Source of the DNA: Candidatus Kaiserbacteria bacterium
Lineage (GTDB): Bacteria; Patescibacteriota; Minisyncoccia; Phycocordibacterales; UBA2100
Assembly (NCBI GenBank): GCA_023267655.1
Contig: JAHFMV010000006.1
Coordinates: 1 to 59,292 of the forward strand
Direction: 5' to 3'
DNA length: 59,292 bases
A model generated the notes under the pieces. The model worked only from the letters and a program-made list of their open reading frames with translations, did no database searches and was not told where the DNA came from. Within the stretch, counting starts at the first letter, position 1. The number at the start of each line of letters is the position of its first letter. The position numbers and the translations under genes were made by a program. Positions 53,679 to 59,292 of this stretch are shown here, in pieces.

Positions 53679-54284
53679 TTATTTCTTTGCAATCGCCTGC
53701 AGTGCATCCATTGCAGCGCGTGCGTTGTTGATCGGATTATGTGAGCGAGAGAGGACTTTGGCGGTCACGTCGGTGATGCCAGCGAGTTCGAGAACGGTTC
53801 GCACCGCAGAACCAGCAACAAGACCGCGACCCGGCGACGGGCGGATTTCGATGACTGATGCGCAGTACTTCGAGCTGATGTTGTGCTTGATGGAATTCGT
53901 CTTCGTGAGGTCGAGCGTGATCATGTTTTTCTTGGCATGACGTGTTGCCTTGTCGATCGCGAGCGCGGTGTCGTTGGCCTTGCCCAATCCGACGCCGACG
54001 CGGCCTTTTTTGTCGCCGATCACGATACAGACAGAAAAGTTGAAACGACGGCCACCGGCCATAACGCGGGCGACACGGCGGATGCCGAGCATTTTTTGTG
54101 CAAATTCACTGCGGCGTTCGTCGCCTCCGCGATCGCGGCGCGGGCCACGAGGTCCGCGACGGTCTCCGCCGCCACGACGATCACCGCCGCGTGGTGGAAA
54201 ACTGCGTGGTGCAACCGGCGCAACAACACTCGCCTGTACGGGAGCGTCGACGATTACTTCTGCTGGTGTGGTGTTGTCAGCCAT
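53679..54284 (-). CDS. rpsE: 30S ribosomal protein S5 (with R/G-rich N-terminal extension)
   Basis: RRVARVMAGGRRFNFSVCIVIGDKKGRVGVGLGKA. Confidence 0.9.
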   Translation of the reverse strand: MADNTTPAEVIVDAPVQASVVAPVAPRSFPPRGGDRRGGGDRRGPRGPRRDRGGDERRSEFAQKMLGIRRVARVMAGGRRFNFSVCIVIGDKKGRVGVGLGKANDTALAIDKATRHAKKNMITLDLTKTNSIKHNISSKYCASVIEIRPSPGRGLVAGSAVRTVLELAGITDVTAKVLSRSHNPINNARAAMDALQAIAKK

Positions 54285-54288
54285 ATGT

Positions 54289-54636
54289 TTAAAATTCGAG
54301 TCCTGCTGCGCGCGCGGCATCCGCAAACGCTTTAATGGTTCCGAGGTATTGATAGCCGCCGCGATCGAAGACTACCTTTTTTACGCCTTTCGCACCAGCT
54401 TGTTTCGCAAGTGACGCTGCAGCAGCTTCTGCCTTCTCGCGCGGTGTCTTTCCTTTTTCTGCGGCCGAGCTGACAGCTGCGATCGTGAGACCTTTCTCAT
54501 CGTTGATGAGCTGCGCCACGATGCGGGTGTTTGATTTGAAAATCGAGAGTCGTGGGCGCTCTTCGGTGCCCGCAACTTTTGCGCGGACGCGGCGGTGACG
54601 TCGTTCTCGTTGTTCTGTTTTGCTAAGGTTTGTCAT
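54289..54636 (-). CDS. rplR: 50S ribosomal protein L18
   Basis: [24 protein letters not shown]...[10 protein letters not shown]. Confidence 0.9.
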   Translation of the reverse strand: MTNLSKTEQRERRHRRVRAKVAGTEERPRLSIFKSNTRIVAQLINDEKGLTIAAVSSAAEKGKTPREKAEAAAASLAKQAGAKGVKKVVFDRGGYQYLGTIKAFADAARAAGLEF

Positions 54637-54682
54637 ATTTTTGAATTTTCCTAGTGGCTAGTCGCGAGTGGCTATTTCCTAT

Positions 54683-55225
54683 TTACGCTGCTGCTGCGGC
54701 TTTCTTACCCTGCTTGCGGATGATAACTTCGCCTTCGTAACGGATGCCCTTGCCTTTGTACGGCTCCGGCTTCTTCAATTCACGTACCGATGCAGCGAAC
54801 TGTCCGACAGCTTCTTTGTTCGCGCTCGAAACCGTGATGATGTTTTTCTCAACCGCCGCCGTGACGCCATCAGGAATTGGTACGAGAACGGGATGTGAAA
54901 ATCCGAGCGCGAGTTTGAGGTTTTTGCCGGCGACTTCTGCTTTGAAGCCAATACCTTCCACTTGGAGTTTCTTAACGAACGGTGTGTTGACGCCTGCGAT
55001 CATGTTCTTCACATGCGCGGCATACGTGCCCCAGAGCGCCTTCGCGAGGCGCGAGCTGTTTGCAGGATTGACGGAAACGGCGCCGTTTTCAACAACGACT
55101 TTAACGGCTGGGTGGAGTGGCTTTACGAGCGTGCCCCCCTTTCCTTTCACCGTGACCGCGTCCGTTGCGACGTGGACTTCGGTGCCCGCAGGAATTTGTA
55201 TTTGAAGTTTTCCAATTCTAGACAT
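54683..55225 (-). CDS. rplF: 50S ribosomal protein L6
   Basis: MSRIGKLQIQIPAGTEV...PEPYKGKGIRY. Confidence 0.9.
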   Translation of the reverse strand: MSRIGKLQIQIPAGTEVHVATDAVTVKGKGGTLVKPLHPAVKVVVENGAVSVNPANSSRLAKALWGTYAAHVKNMIAGVNTPFVKKLQVEGIGFKAEVAGKNLKLALGFSHPVLVPIPDGVTAAVEKNIITVSSANKEAVGQFAASVRELKKPEPYKGKGIRYEGEVIIRKQGKKAAAAA

Positions 55226-55331
55226 AAATTTTTAATTTTCAATTTTGCAATTTTCAATCAATTTCCAATGATTCAATGTTTGAAAATTGATGCTTGAAGC
55301 ATTCATTGCAAAATTAAAAATTGTAAATTCT
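55226..55331. repeat. AT-rich palindromic intergenic repeat, copy 2
   Basis: Same core words as copies 1 and 3. Confidence 0.8.
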
Positions 55332-55727
55332 TTACCATATCTGAAAGAGCGCTTCTCCACCGACCTTCTCTTTCTTTGCTTCCTTATCGGTCTTGATGCC
55401 TTTTGGAGTTGAGAGGATGAGTGCGCCGAAACCGTATTTAACCGGAATGATGTCTTCGAATCCACGATAGATGCGGCGACCCGGCTTCGAGACGCGCTTT
55501 ACGCCTTGGATAAAATGCTTGCCGTTCTCGTCGTATTTAAGAGTGACATCGATGGTCTTCTTGACCTTCTTGCCTTTCTTTTCGACATGGAGAACCCAGC
55601 CTTCTTCCTTGAGCTTCTCAACGATCGCAACTTTGAACGTCGAAAATGGCACCGATACGGTTGCTTTCTTTACGGCACCCGCATTCGTGAGGCGGATGAT
55701 CAAGTCTCCTACAGGATCGGTTACCAT
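55332..55727 (-). CDS. rpsH: 30S ribosomal protein S8
   Basis: DPVGDLIIRLTNA...GALILSTPKG. Confidence 0.9.
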   Translation of the reverse strand: MVTDPVGDLIIRLTNAGAVKKATVSVPFSTFKVAIVEKLKEEGWVLHVEKKGKKVKKTIDVTLKYDENGKHFIQGVKRVSKPGRRIYRGFEDIIPVKYGFGALILSTPKGIKTDKEAKKEKVGGEALFQIW

Positions 55728-55845
55728 ATATTAGAAAAATTCGAAGTACTAAATCCGAAATTCGAAATGGGATTCAGGAATTCGTTTGTGATTTGAGATT
55801 TCATAGTTGTGATTTGTTTAGGATTTCGTGCTTCTGATTTCGAAT

Positions 55846-56031
55846 TTACCAACTGGACTTTTTGACGCCCGGGATATTTCCCTCTAATGCTTCTTCGCGG
55901 AAACAGATACGGCACAAGTTGAAATCGCGCATAAATCCGCGTGGGCGGCCACACTTAAAACAGCGTCGCACGGTGCGGGACGAGAATTTAGGCGTTCGAT
56001 TTGCCTTAATTATCATTGATTTCTTGGCCAT
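55846..56031 (-). CDS. rpsZ: 30S ribosomal protein S14 type Z (zinc-binding)
   Basis: 61 aa, [20 protein letters not shown]. Confidence 0.9.
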   Translation of the reverse strand: MAKKSMIIKANRTPKFSSRTVRRCFKCGRPRGFMRDFNLCRICFREEALEGNIPGVKKSSW

Positions 56032-56163
56032 GACGATTGGTTTTTGGCGCCTAAAAGGAGAGATTCGAGACCCTGCATCCCGCCTTTCGGCATTGGATTA
56101 TGGAGTCCCGGTCCGTGGCCTAGATTCTCGCAGTATCCCCAGCTGTTCGGCTGCGGACTTGCT

Positions 56164-56189
56164 AAAAAACAGGCCCCCTACGAGGCCTG
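56164..56189 (-). terminator. Minus-strand intrinsic terminator upstream of rpsZ
   Basis: The minus strand reads CAGGCC-UCGUAGGG-GGCCUG followed by UUUUUU. Confidence 0.6.
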
Positions 56190-56267
56190 CGCATACTACC
56201 TGAAGTGGGGTTGGGAGTCAAATTCCAAGAGTAGCAAGTTTAACCCCGAGAGTATACTCTTCTTCAT

Positions 56268-56894
56268 ATGACGATTCTGATGGGAGTTCTAACAGTATTG
56301 CAAATCGCGTCGCAAATGCTAGGTATCAATTCTTACTTCCTGCCCCACTCAGCTCCCCCGCAAACTCTCGCTTCTACAAACATTGAGGCAAAGGATACTG
56401 GTGTTGGTATAGGAAGGGATAATCGCGCACCGATAACAACCGTCACCAATAACTATCCAGCAGCTGTCGTTCAACCGACCCCACCACCACAAAACGTTTT
56501 TTCGCGTCGGTACACAGACAAAGCCGTTGTTTCGAGTTCACTATCGGGAGGCAACAATATTATCACTCTAGATGGAGCGGGCACATTACGCTTGGAGGAG
56601 GATCCTTTAAGCTATTTCTCGGACACATTCAACTCAGTTACGCTTCTACTCAACTCGATTCCAATTATGGACCGTGGCACTTCGACCCCAGCAAGCCCGG
56701 AGGTGTCATATACTTCTTACTTCGGTAAATATGAATTTAATCGCAACCTGTTAAGCAATACGGTGATGACAGGTGGTCGAACCTTTGTTGTTACTTTGCA
56801 AAAGGTCGATGCGATGCCAGCAGTCAAAATAGACAGAGTATTTGATTGGCCTTATACCGGGCGGGAGTATACGTTTGGCATCTCAGAAAAATAG
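56268..56894 (+). CDS. Hypothetical protein (208 aa), N-terminal hydrophobic segment
   Basis: Intact ORF on the strand opposite the ribosomal cluster. No family recognised. Confidence 0.6.
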   Translation: MTILMGVLTVLQIASQMLGINSYFLPHSAPPQTLASTNIEAKDTGVGIGRDNRAPITTVTNNYPAAVVQPTPPPQNVFSRRYTDKAVVSSSLSGGNNIITLDGAGTLRLEEDPLSYFSDTFNSVTLLLNSIPIMDRGTSTPASPEVSYTSYFGKYEFNRNLLSNTVMTGGRTFVVTLQKVDAMPAVKIDRVFDWPYTGREYTFGISEK

Positions 56895-56925
56895 CCGAGC
56901 AAGCACTTCATTGAATACATTTACT

Positions 56926-57777
56926 ATGAACTCCGAACTACACCGGTTTGCCGATGAGATGATGAAAGCTGCGTTTGCAGCCGGGAAATATGCGCGGGAG
57001 TCACAAGGAACAGTTCAGAACGTGGAAAAGGAACACGAACTGACAACTGATGCAGATCCTGAATTCATACAGCGTCGTGATCGGGCGAAAACAGTGATTG
57101 ATGAGCATGTGCAGGAAATGCTTCTTTCGACAATACAGAGCATGGGGCTTTCTTTTCGCATTGATGCTGAAGAAGACACGCCACTTAAGGCGGCGCTGCA
57201 CAACGAGTCCGCGCCGATGACCGTCGTCATCGACCCGGTTGATGGAACGCTCGAATATTTCGAAGGAGGGAGCGATTGGTTCGTAAATGTTGCACTCGTT
57301 AGCGATGGGAAGATTCTGTTTGCATTTATGTACTCTCCAGTGCCAGAAAAACTATATCTACTTGATATTGATCGAAAATCATACATCTGCACTTGTGAGA
57401 ACGGAGCGATTGCCCGCCGCGAACCGATGACCTCTGCGTCTAACATGGAGTCGACGAAACTGTATTTTAATAACCGCGTGCCGGAAGGCGCAATCGAAAA
57501 ACTTTCGCATGAGTTTGAGATAGTTCGCGATATCCACGGCATCGTGAAATGGCCAGATGCATTGCTTGGCTGTATCTCTGGCGAGTATAAAGCGGCTCTT
57601 TTCGTACGCCCACAAATTCGCGATGTGCTTATCGGCGCAATGATTGAGACAATGCAAGGCGGCTATGCAGTGGATTTTTCGGGCAATAAAATCACGTGGC
57701 CTGATGGTGGCAGGATTCCTGAAGTCGTATTCGGGTTCAGAGAATTTCCGGAAGAAATCAAACATTGTTTTCACTAA
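56926..57777 (+). CDS. Inositol-monophosphatase-family (IMPase/CysQ/SuhB-like) phosphatase
   Basis: VVIDPVDGTLEY (DPxDGT) and the WDxxAG-equivalent region. The start is trimmed to MNSELHRF. Confidence 0.7.
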   Translation: MNSELHRFADEMMKAAFAAGKYARESQGTVQNVEKEHELTTDADPEFIQRRDRAKTVIDEHVQEMLLSTIQSMGLSFRIDAEEDTPLKAALHNESAPMTVVIDPVDGTLEYFEGGSDWFVNVALVSDGKILFAFMYSPVPEKLYLLDIDRKSYICTCENGAIARREPMTSASNMESTKLYFNNRVPEGAIEKLSHEFEIVRDIHGIVKWPDALLGCISGEYKAALFVRPQIRDVLIGAMIETMQGGYAVDFSGNKITWPDGGRIPEVVFGFREFPEEIKHCFH

Positions 57778-57839
57778 TGCCGCATAAGAACGCTTTGGGA
57801 GCTTGACGAATGTTCATTCGAACTTACACTGTAATATAT

Positions 57840-58004
57840 ATGGAAGTGATTGTGAGATTCAAGACGAGCAAGAAGCTCAAGGCGGCAGCATTAAAGAAAG
57901 TTAAAAGACTGGGTATAACTTTCTCAGATGTAATGAACGGAAAATTGCGAGAATACGTTAAACGCGGCGAAATTACGTTTTCGGCGAAACCGCTGAGATC
58001 CTGA
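57840..58004 (+). CDS. RelB/DinJ-like ribbon-helix-helix antitoxin, orphan (54 aa)
   Basis: MEVIVRFKTSKKLKAAALKKVKRLGITFSDVMNGKLREYV. Promoter TTGACG-N16-TACACT (57803-57830). No toxin gene is adjacent. Confidence 0.5.
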   Translation: MEVIVRFKTSKKLKAAALKKVKRLGITFSDVMNGKLREYVKRGEITFSAKPLRS

Positions 58005-58547
58005 TTACTTCGCTTCCTGCAACGGCAAGCCGATGTGGCGCAGGAATGCTTCTGCTTCCTTTTTGTTCTTTGCAGTTGTCGTGATCGTGACCGCGAGGCC
58101 GAAGAGGTCTTTTGCTTCTTCGTCGGCGGTTTCTGGGAAAACCGTGTGCTCTTTGAATCCGATCGAGATGTTGCCCATTTCATCGATTGATTTTGGCGAG
58201 ACGCCGCGGAAGTCGCGAACGCGCGGGAAGACGATGTTGATGAGCTTGTCGAGGAAGGACTGCATGCGCGCGCCGCGCAGCGTGACCATGTGGCCGGAGA
58301 GATCGCCGACGCGGGTCTTGAAGGTCGAGATTGATTTGCGGGTCGTGCGAGCACTCGGCTTTTGACCGGTGATCTTCGTCATGCGATCGAGGATCAGTTC
58401 ACGCTTCTTTTTGTCGCTCACCGAGCCGACGCCGGTCGAGACGACTATTTTCGTGACGCGCGGAGCTTGCATGGGAGACGTATAGTTGAAGTCTGCCTTC
58501 ATCACTGCGAACGTATCTTTATGCTTTTGTGCGGTTGTGTGTGCCAT
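58005..58547 (-). CDS. rplE: 50S ribosomal protein L5
   Basis: NYTSPMQAPRVTKIVVSTGVG...GNISIGFKEHTVFPE. Confidence 0.9.
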   Translation of the reverse strand: MAHTTAQKHKDTFAVMKADFNYTSPMQAPRVTKIVVSTGVGSVSDKKKRELILDRMTKITGQKPSARTTRKSISTFKTRVGDLSGHMVTLRGARMQSFLDKLINIVFPRVRDFRGVSPKSIDEMGNISIGFKEHTVFPETADEEAKDLFGLAVTITTTAKNKKEAEAFLRHIGLPLQEAK

Positions 58548-58651
58548 AAATAATTTTCAATTCTCAATTTTGCAATTTTCAATCAATGATTCAATGTTTG
58601 AAAATTTTTAAATTGAAAATTCAATGTAAATTGATAATTGTAAATTGAAAA
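58548..58651. repeat. AT-rich palindromic intergenic repeat, copy 3
   Basis: Same core words as copies 1 and 2. Confidence 0.8.
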
Positions 58652-58963
58652 TTATGCTATCTCTGCCTTGCTCTTAACCGCTACACGCTGACGTCCGCCA
58701 TCTTTCGAGCGTTCGACGCGGATGCGTGTCGGCGTACCGCCCTTTGGATCCGCAATCATGACATTGGAGATATGGATTGGCATCGATTTCTCGACGATCT
58801 GTCCTGCGCGGCTCTGCTGATTGGCCTTTCGGTGCTTTTTGACGACATTGACGCCGTCGATGATTACCATGTTCTTTTTGGTGAGCACGAGCTCAACCTT
58901 CCCCGTTGTCCCACGGTTCTTGCCTGCTATTACCACCACATTATCTCCTTTTTTTATCTTCAT
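58652..58963 (-). CDS. rplX: 50S ribosomal protein L24
   Basis: MKIKKGDNVVVIAGKNRGTTGKV (KOW motif). Confidence 0.9.
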   Translation of the reverse strand: MKIKKGDNVVVIAGKNRGTTGKVELVLTKKNMVIIDGVNVVKKHRKANQQSRAGQIVEKSMPIHISNVMIADPKGGTPTRIRVERSKDGGRQRVAVKSKAEIA

Positions 58964-59140
58964 ATTGTTTTGTTGATTATTGCCTTTTTTGCCTGCCCCG
59001 TAGGAAGCTTTGCTTTCCTACCGGGGATTTTCATGGCTAAAGAAATGAGAAGTTAGAGATTAGAAATGAGAAGTTTGGCACTCAGAACCGCGCTTTCGAG
59101 AGAAAACACGAGTGTTTGGAAACACTGAATGTCCGCGGCA

Positions 59141-59290
59141 CTATACCCTGTCGAGAGCCAAAAAACAAGTCCCTGTACGAGACGACCACATCGGTGACAC
59201 TCTGGCAGCAGATTGATAATACGCCCATGGCGTGAGGTAGCCAAGTGATTGATGCGGACGAACGAAGGTGTACTCGATGAGCCAGTCGGT
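59141..59290 (-). mobile_element. 3' end of an rve (integrase-core) DDE transposase gene, truncated by the window edge
   Basis: The minus-strand frame reads TDWLIEYTFVRPHQSLGYLTPWAYYQSAAR...*. The YxxxRPHxSLGxxTP motif is typical of IS3/IS481-type transposase C-termini. Confidence 0.55.
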
Positions 59291-59292
59291 CA

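Noticed and set aside
56045-56135. tRNA-like fragment (GAGATTCGAGACCC resembles a T arm)
   Set aside because: I could not fold a cloverleaf. No acceptor, D or anticodon arms pair on either strand.
53106-58651. AT-rich repeats as a CRISPR array
   Set aside because: The copies are 2-3 kb apart and separated by essential genes. They are ~105 bp and internally palindromic, with no regular repeat-spacer periodicity and no cas genes in the window.
1-59292. Alternative genetic code (UGA recoding, as in some CPR lineages)
   Set aside because: Conserved genes (ftsH, recG, secY, purF, ribosomal proteins) are full length with standard stops. No in-frame TGA interruptions were seen.

Overview
This is a 59.3-kb chromosomal window, roughly 50% GC by eye, using the standard genetic code, with small tightly packed genes. 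It looks like a Candidate Phyla Radiation/Patescibacteria-type bacterium. Supporting signs are an spc-type ribosomal cluster without L30, one free-standing and one intein-borne LAGLIDADG endonuclease, many toxin-antitoxin pairs, and -10 boxes only 6-7 nt from most start codons (leaderless mRNAs). The left end (1-5.2 kb) is an accessory island. It holds an IS30-type transposase end, a DUF6119/TIGR04141-like gene attached to a type II R-M operon, YdeI, a zeta-toxin-like kinase with a coupled small ORF, and TspO. The middle holds a LAGLIDADG ORF, tRNA-Ser, two Nudix genes, RecG, a PG-binding/PKD secreted protein, riboflavin kinase, tRNA-Ile(UAU), VapBC, malic enzyme, PurF, FtsH split by a P-loop intein, SmpB and tmRNA, and a GH13 enzyme. 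It also holds a LexA-controlled operon (lexA, two MazF/PemK-like genes without antitoxins, a MazG-like gene, a Y-family polymerase) with a canonical GAAC-N4-GTTC box. After that come a lipid-modification cluster, a leaderless GNAT / ATP-citrate-lyase (AclB, AclA) / VOC operon, two tandem secreted LAS/M15-peptidase-like paralogs, infC-rpmI-rplT, Ndk, MNT-HEPN, a VirD4/TraG-like ATPase and an ABC importer. The right end is map-adk-gmk-secY-rplO-rpsE-rplR-rplF-rpsH-rpsZ, then rplE-rplX. That cluster is interrupted by a 2-kb opposite-strand insertion, punctuated by ~105-bp AT-rich palindromic repeats, and ends at an rve-type transposase fragment. The three most system-like novelties I can support are the SOS-wired toxin/MazG/polymerase operon with its structured RNA spacer, the R-M + DUF6119 module, and the GNAT-ACL-VOC operon. 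All functional calls come from motif recognition by eye; no database search was run.
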